Positions 28,939 to 38,679 of a stretch of DNA of 64,000 nt are shown here, in pieces. The position numbers were made by a program, and so were the translations under genes. The DNA lies in the IMG/VR virus record IMGVR_UViG_3300032324_000909, positions 32,001-96,000 of that record, one strand, 5' to 3'. The DNA is from a virus. Its lineage: Duplodnaviria > Caudoviricetes. Under the pieces are notes generated by a model. That model saw only the letters and a program-made list of their open reading frames with translations, was not told where the DNA came from and made no database searches. The first letter of the stretch is position 1, and each line of letters starts with the position of its first letter.

Positions 28939-30876
28939 ATGGTAATTACAGGTGAAAGGCATAGGACAATCTATCCACAAAAAAGTATAAATTGGACTTC
29001 TTCATATGAAATTACAAACACTTATGGAAGATTTTCGGCATCTTTTTCTGGGATCGGTGGTAATTGTAATGTATTTACTCTTCATAACGGTAAGGTTCTT
29101 TCGCCAAAAAATGAAATGGTTGGTTCGTATTTAAATAATGAAACCTTGTCGTTATCAGGAAATATTGGCACAAAAACATTAGATTTATATAAGAATAATG
29201 TGCCCTTATATTTGGGCCTAGAAAGAACCACTACTGGAGATTTAAATACAGTTATTCTTAATGATGTGAGTGGACAGTCTGTTACTCTTAACAATCTAAC
29301 GCTGATTGGTGGAGTTCCAGAACTAATATATAATAAATATTTGACTTTTAATACTGGAGACACTATACCATTTACTATATATAATACAGGTTTAAATAAT
29401 TTAACTATTTTTTCGGGAGCTGTTAATAACAGCAATTTTACATTAATTGGTATTGAAAATTTAACAGTTCCAGCTAGTGGTAGTGGTACTTTTTTTGTTC
29501 AGAGTTTGTTAAGTGGAATAACTTATACTCCGCAGGATATTCCAATATTAATTGATAGCAGCATTGGTAAAAAAAACTTATTATTACAAATATCTGGTAT
29601 ATTACCTCAAGATAATTTATATTACATATCTCTTGGACCGGAAGATGGTAGTGTATATGATGCTACGTATAATACATATAACGTATCCATTGGTAACCCT
29701 TCGGGAGTTGGTTTGTCAATTGGTTTGAATTATATTAGTGGTATAACTGGAGACTATTACCGTATTACTGAAGCCACTGGATTCAAATCTTCTGGAATAG
29801 TATCTGGATTTATATCTGGCACTGGCTATTTAAATGGCAATATTACTGGCGTGATTAGCGGTTTTAATACATTAAACTCACAATATGAATTTGGTGTCGG
29901 AACGGGAAATGCCTATTCTTTATATAAGATATCTGATGATAAGCTTGTTACTGGGTTTTATAGTGTATTAGGAACTGGAATTGGAAATATAAGTGGCCAA
30001 TCAGGGGTGACTGGATATTTTTATTTAACTGGTATTACTGGGGGGCTTTCTGAAACTGGTTATTACAAAAAATCTTTTATAGTTACTGGTAGTGGATACT
30101 ATGTTGATAGTGATAATTATCCATATTACCCATTAGTGACTGGAACTAAACAAGCCAGTGGGATTGTTTTTGTAGATGAAATAAAATTAAATAGTTTTGA
30201 TTATATATCTATAAATAATAGGCCTATATATTATAACAGTGGTACAAATTATTTGCCTCCAAATTATTTTAATAGTAGAACTGGTTTAATTAATATTGTT
30301 AATAACTATACTGGGATTTTTTTATGTACTGGATTTTCTTTTGGGTCTAGTGGTGTAATTTTGAATTCATTACTTATTGGTAATTCAGGTAATTTTATTG
30401 GTTTGGCCGCAAGTGGCTCGGGAGTCAGTACTTCAAGCCCAACATTAATTGATGGTAAAACTTATTATCTACAAATGTCTCCATCTGGTAATTTTTCAGG
30501 GATTGCATCTGTATCATTTGCTTCAACAGGTTACTATACTGGATATAGTTCTGGCAATATAACAGGATATATTAATAAATTTACTGGAGTAAGGCGTTTT
30601 ACTGGTATTTGGGATATACAAACTGGATCAAATTTTAATTTTATTTCATATAGAGATAATAATCTTTTAAGCGGGATAAATTATTATAATTCTATACAGC
30701 CAAGTCCAACAGGTAGCAATTCCGCATTAATTCAGGTTAGATCTTTTTATTCTAATAGTTTAAATACCTTACAAAGCGAGCAAACAGATGTAGCAGATAT
30801 AGTTATTAGTGGTGTAAATTTTGGCCCTTCTGGCAGTGGGATTAATTTTAGATTAGTTGGTATAAAAAATTTATAA
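28939..30876 (+). CDS. Tail-associated structural protein, extremely S/T-G rich
   Basis: Own late promoter; roughly 57 SG/TG dipeptides in 645 aa by manual count. Confidence 0.6.
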   Translation: MVITGERHRTIYPQKSINWTSSYEITNTYGRFSASFSGIGGNCNVFTLHNGKVLSPKNEMVGSYLNNETLSLSGNIGTKTLDLYKNNVPLYLGLERTTTGDLNTVILNDVSGQSVTLNNLTLIGGVPELIYNKYLTFNTGDTIPFTIYNTGLNNLTIFSGAVNNSNFTLIGIENLTVPASGSGTFFVQSLLSGITYTPQDIPILIDSSIGKKNLLLQISGILPQDNLYYISLGPEDGSVYDATYNTYNVSIGNPSGVGLSIGLNYISGITGDYYRITEATGFKSSGIVSGFISGTGYLNGNITGVISGFNTLNSQYEFGVGTGNAYSLYKISDDKLVTGFYSVLGTGIGNISGQSGVTGYFYLTGITGGLSETGYYKKSFIVTGSGYYVDSDNYPYYPLVTGTKQASGIVFVDEIKLNSFDYISINNRPIYYNSGTNYLPPNYFNSRTGLINIVNNYTGIFLCTGFSFGSSGVILNSLLIGNSGNFIGLAASGSGVSTSSPTLIDGKTYYLQMSPSGNFSGIASVSFASTGYYTGYSSGNITGYINKFTGVRRFTGIWDIQTGSNFNFISYRDNNLLSGINYYNSIQPSPTGSNSALIQVRSFYSNSLNTLQSEQTDVADIVISGVNFGPSGSGINFRLVGIKNL

Positions 30877-30887
30877 TTTAATATATT

Positions 30888-31979
30888 ATGTCTTATTTTA
30901 GAAGAAAGAGTTCTATACCGGAACAGCCTAGTGCCGCTAGGTTTCAATTGTCGGTTGTTTCGGTCACGCAGGGTGGCAATGACATAAGTAAAATTAAGGT
31001 TCATTACGGAGAGATTGATGGAGTTCCACCAGAAGGTCTAACGCCAGAAGAAGAAGAGTTAGATTATCTTATTGAACCGGGCAATTCCTTTATTTATTTA
31101 ATAGTAACATTTGATGGAGATGGAAGGATTAATAGTAGGACTATTGGGTTTGATAATCCAGTGCCAGACGATACGGACGATCAGAAACACATCGTTATTG
31201 GGGAAGTAAAATATGAAGATGGACAGTATACAATTATCAGCCAAAATATAACACAAGATATTTATCCAGAAAAAGCGGTAGTTGTGGACAGAAGCAATGA
31301 CGCATTCGTTTATTCGCTATTTGCTGATCCAAGGAGAATTCACATTATTAATGAACGTGAGATTTTTGGCGTGGATGTTAATGGGGATGGGGCGGTATCT
31401 AAAGTTTATTTAGCAGATCAAGATTATAGGGATTACATTGAAATTAAAAAAAGTTCTTTTGGCGCTCAGGAAGAGGTCTCTGTTAATGGGTACGTAGTGG
31501 ATGCAGGAGAAAATTTTATTTTAAACGCCAAAGCGGATGAGTCTGCTCTCACATTATTTAATGGAGGGAGTAGTTCTTATGTAAAATTAAAACAATCAGT
31601 GCAAGAAACTTCATTATATGGATACGTTGCAAGCGAAGCTGAGTATTTTATATTAAAAGCAGAACTGGAAGGGGCTAGCTTGTATTTGACTAGAGGTACA
31701 AGTGACAGTAATTTAGATGGAGAATCGCTTGTGTTTAATGAAGAAGGAGGCACTACAGCAAGTATTTCGGCGCAGATCCTTAACTTTCAAGGAAGTGAGC
31801 AAAGTACAAGTATCAACAGATCTTCAATATCGATAGATGACTTGTCATCTAGCCGTAGTGTGTACATAAATGTTCCTACTGCTGATGGATCTTCAGTGAG
31901 CGCAACTTGGAAGGAGATTGACGTTTGCGTTAACGGAGTTACAAAGAAGATGCAAGTCCTTGCCACAGATCCTTATTAA
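30888..31979 (+). CDS. Putative tail fibre/spike (receptor-binding module)
   Basis: End of tail module, acidic beta-repeat, C-terminal WKEIDVCVNG. Confidence 0.4.
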   Translation: MSYFRRKSSIPEQPSAARFQLSVVSVTQGGNDISKIKVHYGEIDGVPPEGLTPEEEELDYLIEPGNSFIYLIVTFDGDGRINSRTIGFDNPVPDDTDDQKHIVIGEVKYEDGQYTIISQNITQDIYPEKAVVVDRSNDAFVYSLFADPRRIHIINEREIFGVDVNGDGAVSKVYLADQDYRDYIEIKKSSFGAQEEVSVNGYVVDAGENFILNAKADESALTLFNGGSSSYVKLKQSVQETSLYGYVASEAEYFILKAELEGASLYLTRGTSDSNLDGESLVFNEEGGTTASISAQILNFQGSEQSTSINRSSISIDDLSSSRSVYINVPTADGSSVSATWKEIDVCVNGVTKKMQVLATDPY

Positions 31980-31986
31980 CCTATTT

Positions 31987-32391
31987 ATGGCAATTTATAT
32001 CAAATCAACTTGTGATGACTGCACCAATTCTGTCTGTCCTCCAGACACTTGTTTTGCTGTCTATAAGGTCGGAGGACTTGGCTTTGGCCCAATGGGAACG
32101 ACCTGCATAGGTTGCGACCCTATTTTTATAGGCTACATCACAGCAGAAGAAGGTGCTGGATCTTTTGTTACTGTAGAATGCGGTCCGGTTAATCAGTATA
32201 ATAGTGTTGAGGCTGCTGGAGTAAATTCAAACGGAGTTGTTGTATCTTATAAAAACGCATTTTCAAATACCATTGATATAACCTACGACGATTGTGTTAA
32301 TGGAGTTTTTTCCAATGTGTTCGTGCCACCTGATATGCCTTGCCCCTACTACGATTACACCTATCCGAGCTTTACTTGCCCTCCAGAATGA
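31987..32391 (+). CDS. Cys-rich small protein (start ATG 31987)
   Basis: 10 Cys in about 134 aa; stop overlaps next ATG (ATGA). Confidence 0.65.
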   Translation: MAIYIKSTCDDCTNSVCPPDTCFAVYKVGGLGFGPMGTTCIGCDPIFIGYITAEEGAGSFVTVECGPVNQYNSVEAAGVNSNGVVVSYKNAFSNTIDITYDDCVNGVFSNVFVPPDMPCPYYDYTYPSFTCPPE

Positions 32392-32795
32392 CGCATTGCC
32401 AATACGCATCTCAGTTAGTTGAAAGAGGCCAGATTTTTTGTTCTCTGGGTCTTTACGATGGACAACCATTGGCGAGGAATTGTAGTCGGTGTCTCTTTGA
32501 AAGACACACTAATACAAATGCCATTACTTCGACAGATCACTCCCTACTCCACAAGGCTTCATTATTAGCCCACAGCATTGCGCCTTGGGCAATCAACGGA
32601 TTTAAGCTGGTTGACGAAGCAACCTTGGCAAGCCGCCTAGACATTTGCAAGGGTTGCGAGTTTTGGGATCAAGCTGGATTTGCTGGCACAGGCAAGTGCA
32701 AGAAGTGCGGTTGTAGCACTCAGGCAAAGCTAAGGATGGATACTAGTGTCTGTCCATTAACGCCACCAAAATGGGGGACTGTTATCCAGAAATAG
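32388..32795 (+). CDS. Cys-rich metal-binding protein (start ATG 32388)
   Basis: RLDICKGC...CKKCGC...AKLRM...CP...KW pattern, recalled as DUF6171-like (unverified). Confidence 0.6.
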   Translation: MTHCQYASQLVERGQIFCSLGLYDGQPLARNCSRCLFERHTNTNAITSTDHSLLHKASLLAHSIAPWAINGFKLVDEATLASRLDICKGCEFWDQAGFAGTGKCKKCGCSTQAKLRMDTSVCPLTPPKWGTVIQK

Positions 32796-32797
32796 GA

Positions 32798-33013
32798 TTA
32801 ATGCTCATACTTATCACATTTTTCACAATGTTGTATATAAGAGAGTGGGAAAATATTTCTTAAATTACATTTATATCCTGAAACATTATTCATAGAACAG
32901 CAAGACTGTTTAGTAATTTTTTCACTTGTTCTGAATAAACATGTTTCAAATTTTGAAATTCCTAATTCATGCGTGGGGTTGTTGTCCTGAGCAATGCTTT
33001 CAACGTGTTTCAT
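32798..33013 (-). CDS. Small Cys-rich protein, paralog of 44778..44963
   Basis: CxFR...CC...GYxCxxRxIF...CxxCxxYE. Confidence 0.7.
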   Translation of the reverse strand: MKHVESIAQDNNPTHELGISKFETCLFRTSEKITKQSCCSMNNVSGYKCNLRNIFPLSYIQHCEKCDKYEH

Positions 33014-33834
33014 TAAGATAATTTATTTTTACTTTTTATTCCACTAACTATAGTAAATATAGATAATGGAGGAATATCATCACAAGATGACCATGTTTCT
33101 GCGCCTTCTATACCCTTCTTTATTGCCCCATCTTTAATTTTATCGAATGATATATTATAATCATTCATTGTTTTTTGCAAAAGTGATACTGGGTCTGGGC
33201 CTGTAGATGGCTCGTATTCAGTATTCGAAACTGGGGAGTTCTTACCACCCATTTCGTCACTTCCAACAATATTAATTTTTAAGAAATTTCTAACAGCACG
33301 AACAAATGCTCTATTTTCAGCAATTGCCATTAAAAAGTTTTTTGCAAAATTATGTGTATTATCCCAATGAGCATCCGCTAGTGCAGAAAAACTGACTTTT
33401 GAATTTCTGGTTTCATAATTGCCTATCCAGTTAATCGTGCATTTTACCGCAACGTAATCCGGACGAGCCTCTATTACCTCGTATTCTACGTTTTCATAAC
33501 CACGAATTTGCGCCAGTTCTTTAATACCAGCAAGTAAAATCAGGAGCTTGTTGTCTGGAAGTGTTGATACATCTATTTCCTTTAGATTTATGTCTGGAGA
33601 ATTTTTAAAGGAATCTCTATTAGGCACTAGATGTTCAGGTTTAATCATCCCACGCCAATTAATTGTATTATCTGGATTGAATCCGTAATCTATGGAGTGT
33701 ATGAATCCATTATTATCTCTAGAAAAGCCATCTACCTTGTCTAGATAACGACTAGGTGTAGGTGCCTCTAGCTCTGCATTGAGGGAAGAATCTTTCTCTA
33801 TTGATTCTGTATTTGATAACTTTTGTCTTGCCAT
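33013..33834 (-). CDS. Putative Rad52-like single-strand annealing protein
   Basis: LLAGIKELA...MAIAENRAFVRAVRNFLKI...DEM resembles Rad52/Sak-type SSAPs. Confidence 0.5.
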   Translation of the reverse strand: MARQKLSNTESIEKDSSLNAELEAPTPSRYLDKVDGFSRDNNGFIHSIDYGFNPDNTINWRGMIKPEHLVPNRDSFKNSPDINLKEIDVSTLPDNKLLILLAGIKELAQIRGYENVEYEVIEARPDYVAVKCTINWIGNYETRNSKVSFSALADAHWDNTHNFAKNFLMAIAENRAFVRAVRNFLKINIVGSDEMGGKNSPVSNTEYEPSTGPDPVSLLQKTMNDYNISFDKIKDGAIKKGIEGAETWSSCDDIPPLSIFTIVSGIKSKNKLS

Positions 33835-33840
33835 TTACAT

Positions 33841-33869
33841 ATTTTCTGAAAAATTTCTAAATAAGTCAA
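33841..33869 (-). promoter_or_regulatory. Sigma70-type promoter positioned for leaderless start at 33834
   Basis: Minus strand TTGACT-N17-GAAAAT-N6-ATG. Confidence 0.45.
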
Positions 33870-33871
33870 GT

Positions 33872-35050
33872 TTAATTTTCAGTATATAAGAAACAGTAAT
33901 CAACATCTTTTAAAAACTCTTTTTTATCTTTAATATCAGAGTATTTTATTGGCGCATTCGGCGCGACAATCGGTATATCGCTAAGCTGGGCACTTCTACT
34001 ATTGTAGATTTTACCATTGCTTAAAATAATTCTATTAGATTTAAATAGGGTTTCATTTTTAATTTCTAACGGTACGTTTTCAGGAGTAGAAAAATATAAA
34101 TTAATATTACAAAAGTCCATTAATTCAAATTTTCTTGTTTCTATAATATCTTCATTTGCAGAACTTTTATCTATTGTGCAGACATAATTTATGCCAAACT
34201 TCTCTAGTTTTTTTATAAAACTAATATCAACATTTTTACTAACATCGTATATTACTATTTCGATGTTTTGTTTTACATTTTCTAAATTTTCTATATTTAT
34301 GGTCTTATCAGTAACAATGACACACTTTCTTTGCGATAAATTATAAAAAGTACTAGAAAGATCACTTACGTCATCTAAATAATCAAATCTTAGATTTAAA
34401 ATGGTATCTTTAAAGAATTCTTTGTTTATAACTTGATTGGGGATACTTTCTATTATTCTATCATTATATCTAGAACCAATATAGTTCGTGGTTATATTTA
34501 TAGATTTTTTTTCAAAAAGGAGTTTTTCACATGCCTCAACCACTTCTTCTATTTTTATATTATTAACAGTTTTGGGAGACTCGTTTGGGTTAAAGCTTGG
34601 CTTGAATTTATTTGAGTATAAATTAATCTTTTTATTCGACCAGTATGGCCCAGCTATTTCTGGAGTTGTTATTCCATAAAGAGCAACTGTTGGAATGTCA
34701 AACGCGCTGGCCATGTGAACCGCGAAACTATCATTGCCCAAATGAAGTGAGGATCTTGATATTACGTATGCAGTTTGATTTATATTAGTTTTACCAGTTA
34801 AATCTAAGGCTTCGGATATTTTTCTATCTTTTTCGTCTCCTATTTGTACTACTTTATAATTGTTACTATCCAGTAATGGTTTTAAAAATTTAACAACTTC
34901 TTCAAAAAAATCATAACATTTGCCGGGCATTCCGCTACTATTTTGAATAGTTATATATTTTTCCGCATCTATTGGAAAATATTTTTTAAGTATATATGGC
35001 TTTCCTATCTTACTTGCTGTAGATAGGGCGTATGTTTCTAGTAGGTGCAA
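33872..35050 (-). CDS. GT9 (heptosyltransferase-like) C-terminal domain plus unknown domain
   Basis: DLTGKT...HLGNDSFAVHMASAFDIPTVALYG GT9 signature; lacks GT9 N-domain. Confidence 0.75.
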   Translation of the reverse strand: MHLLETYALSTASKIGKPYILKKYFPIDAEKYITIQNSSGMPGKCYDFFEEVVKFLKPLLDSNNYKVVQIGDEKDRKISEALDLTGKTNINQTAYVISRSSLHLGNDSFAVHMASAFDIPTVALYGITTPEIAGPYWSNKKINLYSNKFKPSFNPNESPKTVNNIKIEEVVEACEKLLFEKKSINITTNYIGSRYNDRIIESIPNQVINKEFFKDTILNLRFDYLDDVSDLSSTFYNLSQRKCVIVTDKTINIENLENVKQNIEIVIYDVSKNVDISFIKKLEKFGINYVCTIDKSSANEDIIETRKFELMDFCNINLYFSTPENVPLEIKNETLFKSNRIILSNGKIYNSRSAQLSDIPIVAPNAPIKYSDIKDKKEFLKDVDYCFLYTEN

Positions 35051-35075
35051 AATAATTCCTCCATTTTTATTGATA

Positions 35076-37007
35076 TTAATTATGTATATCTAAATCAATT
35101 TTATCAATACCATTGTGTGTATAATCTAACAATCTTTGGGTTGAAAAATATGGATGGTAAACAATATCACAATAACCATTGTCTTCTCCTCTGCCCTCCA
35201 TTGCTAGTGCGGAGTCCATTATTTCATGGTATGGTATCCACTTATCAATAAATGGGTTACCATCTATAATGTCTCTATATTCTGGCTTTGTTGCTATATA
35301 GATTTTATAAGTATCTTGAGGGTATCTTTTTCTCAAGGATTCGAATAGCGCCGTAACAAGGAAAACGTCTCCCAAGCTTTCTGGCTGAACTAGAAGAACT
35401 CTTTTAAGTCCTTCATCTTTATCAAAAATATCAGATAACTGAATGGGTTTATTTTTAATTTCTTCGTTAATGGCTACATTTCTAAAGTATTTTTCTATAT
35501 CATTCCTTTGTGCGCCAATTGATAATTGCTTTTCCCAATGTATTAGACCTTCGTCATTATTTTCAATAGATTCCCTACCTAGAATTTTGCAGTAAAGTTG
35601 TTTTATCCATTCTCTATTCTCTTCAATATGAATAATTTCAGCTTGAGGATTTGATTTAGTTTTCGAACCTTCGAAGTCAAAATCTTTTTCTTCTAGTGTT
35701 TTTAAGCTATCAATAAAATTTTCTATTTTTTCTCCATTAACGTCTATAGAGTAATTTTCCAGCGCCCACTCTCTTGAGAGTTTTTCAAGACCACGCTTCT
35801 TGTCTTTATTCATGTCATATATTTTTTTGAAAACTTGTGACATGTTTGAAGCGGATGGTTGGGATTTTAAAAACTGTGTACCATGTTCAGTATAAAAACT
35901 AAACTTGTATCCTATTGAACCCTTGTTTAATTCTATGATATCTTCCCCAAACGAGTAAGCGCAAGTAGCTATTATTTTTTCTGTTAACGCTGCTTCTACA
36001 CATGGCAACTCACAAGCTCCGGAAGTGGCTGGGTGCGAGTAAAAGCTAAAAATATTATATATTTCATTTAGCTGTTCATCAGTTATACCAAAGCCGGAAT
36101 TAGATGTTATTAGTGTTTTTTCTTTTGTTTTGGGATTTTCAATGTCTTGTCCAGTATATGGCAATATGAAATATTCTTTTGTTCTTTTGCAAATATATGT
36201 ACACAAGATTTCTTTTTTATCTACGCCGTATTGCTCACATAGTCTGTGTATATCCCAACCTTCCCCATAGTGAGTATGGGTGTATAAAAATGTATTTTTA
36301 ACCTCTGGATTAAGTCTTTTAAATTGCGCGTAAGCTTCAATTTGAGTATTAATTAGTTTTCTTAATTGATTCCTAAATACAAAACCAATAATAAATGAGT
36401 CCTCTGGTAGACCATGCTTTAGTAGAGTTTCTTTTATTTTACTTTCCGGTAACTTATAAAAGTTATCTGTATTAACTAGCGGATATTGATTTTTTACATG
36501 TGAATGATTGTATTTATGAAATACTTTTGTAGCAAAGTTACTCCATGTCCAATAATGCTTTATTTTTTTACTTTTTTCTACAGTATCCGGAAGTAGGGGG
36601 AGTGAATCAAAAGTATTCCAGCATACCGTGGGTATTGTGTTAAAGAAATTTTTCTCTACCACAAAATGCGATCCCCAAGTATCATTTACTGAAAAAATTA
36701 CGTCTGGTTTAAATTCTTTAACTATATTTTCTATTTCCATGTCACCATAAGCAGCCATCCTGCCTAGGTTTGGATCTTTTTGTATTTGATTAATTTTTGC
36801 CGGATCGCTTGGGAGTACTCCAACTGTTTTCCAAGGAAATCTATCATTATGTGGGCCATCTTTTGGTAAGCCCTGTGCGGCATTACATATTTCGTATTTT
36901 TTGGTTTTGTATAAATACTTTAATAATAATTTAGTATTTTTACCGAATCCAGTAAACGCTCCGGCATAATCGCTAAGGAATAGAACCCTCTTCTTTCTAT
37001 TTGTCAT
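35076..37007 (-). CDS. GT4 glycosyltransferase fused to GT9 N-terminal domain
   Basis: TGFG start, RNQLRK, SGACELPCVEA (GT4); C-terminal VLLVQPESLGDVFLVTALFESLRKRYP...GNPFID (GT9 N-domain). Confidence 0.8.
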   Translation of the reverse strand: MTNRKKRVLFLSDYAGAFTGFGKNTKLLLKYLYKTKKYEICNAAQGLPKDGPHNDRFPWKTVGVLPSDPAKINQIQKDPNLGRMAAYGDMEIENIVKEFKPDVIFSVNDTWGSHFVVEKNFFNTIPTVCWNTFDSLPLLPDTVEKSKKIKHYWTWSNFATKVFHKYNHSHVKNQYPLVNTDNFYKLPESKIKETLLKHGLPEDSFIIGFVFRNQLRKLINTQIEAYAQFKRLNPEVKNTFLYTHTHYGEGWDIHRLCEQYGVDKKEILCTYICKRTKEYFILPYTGQDIENPKTKEKTLITSNSGFGITDEQLNEIYNIFSFYSHPATSGACELPCVEAALTEKIIATCAYSFGEDIIELNKGSIGYKFSFYTEHGTQFLKSQPSASNMSQVFKKIYDMNKDKKRGLEKLSREWALENYSIDVNGEKIENFIDSLKTLEEKDFDFEGSKTKSNPQAEIIHIEENREWIKQLYCKILGRESIENNDEGLIHWEKQLSIGAQRNDIEKYFRNVAINEEIKNKPIQLSDIFDKDEGLKRVLLVQPESLGDVFLVTALFESLRKRYPQDTYKIYIATKPEYRDIIDGNPFIDKWIPYHEIMDSALAMEGRGEDNGYCDIVYHPYFSTQRLLDYTHNGIDKIDLDIHN

Positions 37008-37008
37008 A

Positions 37009-37452
37009 TCAGGAATATAGATTTTGCAGTGATGCTTTAATATACTCTCTTAATTTGATTGACTCTACAAGATTAAAAGCTATTCCTACTCCATCTATTT
37101 TTAATACGTGACCAATAAAAGCCCCATCTTTGATATATGGCTCGAAGAATATTGGGGTGGTCTTATCTCCATTTTTATGTACTGTTGAGAATTTTTTTTC
37201 AGAATTTGACTCTAAAACATATAGAATATTACAAAGCTCTAAATCATTTAGTTTTATTTTCTTATGTTTTTCTGCGATATTTACATTCTCCTTGAATGAC
37301 CCTGTCTTTGAAGAGTCGTTCCATGAGTGCTGCTTTAATAGGTTTACATAAAACCCATTTTTCTTCTGGTCATCTATTGCAGTTACGTTCTCAAAAGTTG
37401 CACAAGTGCCATTTCCAGATTTCTGTGGTTTATAAAACTCTATTCTTTTCAT
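37009..37452 (-). CDS. Hypothetical protein, possibly Whirly/PC4-like ssDNA-binding
   Basis: Beta-beta-alpha repeat pattern; weak motif resemblance only. Confidence 0.35.
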   Translation of the reverse strand: MKRIEFYKPQKSGNGTCATFENVTAIDDQKKNGFYVNLLKQHSWNDSSKTGSFKENVNIAEKHKKIKLNDLELCNILYVLESNSEKKFSTVHKNGDKTTPIFFEPYIKDGAFIGHVLKIDGVGIAFNLVESIKLREYIKASLQNLYS

Positions 37453-37471
37453 TAAAAGATGATAATAGGAA

Positions 37472-37870
37472 TTAGTGAATTTTTAAAAAATAATTTAACA
37501 CGCTATCTGTAGCCCTAATTAAAACAAAGGCAAAACCAATAAAAAGTAAACTAGATCCAGATAACAGTACTGAAAAAATAGAAAGCCACATGCCTAAACA
37601 CAACTGACATGAAAAAATCTTTAATATAAAGACTATTGTGAAATTTTTTGAAAACTGTTTCTTTTCAGATAAATACTCTATATAAGAAGAGTAGTTCATC
37701 TCGTTCACTGGCCGATTAAAATATTCTTGTATCAGTAACCATGAATAAATCTTCTTTGGACAGAGTGGTTTAAATAGTTTAACGTAGAAAGGGAAAAAGT
37801 CAGTATTAAACCATAAATGTGATATAGAAGAAAATAAAATACAGAGTAAGATTAAAATTAATATTGACAT
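37472..37870 (-). CDS. Membrane protein with CxxCxxxW motif
   Basis: Hydrophobic helices, FSCQLCLGMW. Confidence 0.6.
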   Translation of the reverse strand: MSILILILLCILFSSISHLWFNTDFFPFYVKLFKPLCPKKIYSWLLIQEYFNRPVNEMNYSSYIEYLSEKKQFSKNFTIVFILKIFSCQLCLGMWLSIFSVLLSGSSLLFIGFAFVLIRATDSVLNYFLKIH

Positions 37871-37908
37871 AGGTATAAAAAAATATACATATAGGTATAT
37901 ATTCGTTG

Positions 37909-38001
37909 ATTGTATGTTCGCAAGCTCACATACAATATTTACTCACGTTGTTCGTAAATGTTTATTACTCACTCCGTTCGTAATATAATTATTATTATAT
38001 T
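37909..38001 (-). repeat. Three tandem hairpins with internal GA/GA mismatches plus an AT-rich palindrome (candidate origin/ssDNA signal)
   Basis: Hairpins 37909-37936, 37937-37959, 37963-37985; AATATAAT-N4-ATTATATT 37982-38001. Confidence 0.75.
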
Positions 38002-38067
38002 TAATATTTAAAAAATCTAATTAAATTGACTTTAAGTATAAAAAGGTTTATAACTAATCTAGTTTAA

Positions 38068-38652
38068 ATGAAAACTACAAAATCTAAAAAAATAGTCGAT
38101 GATAATTATCTAGTTAAACAGATAAAGTTAAAATCATGTAACGATAGTCTAATTGAGCTTATATCTAGGCATAGTGGCATATGCTTCTCAATTGGAAAAA
38201 AAATCTTAAATGCGTCTACTGTCCAGTTTAATGAGCTTAGTGATAATAAAGATTGGATAATATACTCTTCAGCTCTATCGTTTAAGCCAGATATGGGATC
38301 TAAATTTTCTACATGGTTAGCAAATAATGTTAAATATTTCTGTCTGAACTTAAAAAATAAAATATCAAAATATGTAAACTCCGAAGAAGATTTAATTGAA
38401 TTTCTCTTAAATAAGAATAACTGCGAAACAAGAGATTCAAATAAAGTAGAAGCTATCAATACTATTATAGATCTTTTAGACAAGATTGAAGATAAAAATA
38501 TTAAAGATGCTATCTATTACAGGTATTTATCAAATAAAAATAAAATTTTGAATTATGCAGAAGTTGCTAAGATTCTTAACGTTACGCCTCAAACAGCCCT
38601 GAATTGGCACAACAAATTCATAGATCTAGCGAAAAAAAAATTGACATCGTGA
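38068..38652 (+). CDS. Phage sigma-70 family RNA polymerase sigma factor
   Basis: Region 2 FKPDMGSKFSTWL and region 4 HTH YAEVAKILNVTPQT. Confidence 0.8.
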   Translation: MKTTKSKKIVDDNYLVKQIKLKSCNDSLIELISRHSGICFSIGKKILNASTVQFNELSDNKDWIIYSSALSFKPDMGSKFSTWLANNVKYFCLNLKNKISKYVNSEEDLIEFLLNKNNCETRDSNKVEAINTIIDLLDKIEDKNIKDAIYYRYLSNKNKILNYAEVAKILNVTPQTALNWHNKFIDLAKKKLTS

Positions 38653-38669
38653 AACATTAATATTATAAT
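38641..38669 (+). promoter_or_regulatory. Consensus sigma70 promoter
   Basis: TTGACA-N17-TATAAT, 10 nt before ATG 38680. Confidence 0.85.
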
Positions 38670-38679
38670 TTGAATTGTT

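Noticed and set aside
28939-32795. Diversity-generating retroelement target
   Set aside because: No reverse transcriptase and no template/variable repeat pair visible in the window
38026-38054. TTGACT-N17-TATAAC as promoter of the sigma gene
   Set aside because: Plausible, but lacks the conserved final T of the -10 element in very AT-rich DNA, so not listed as a feature
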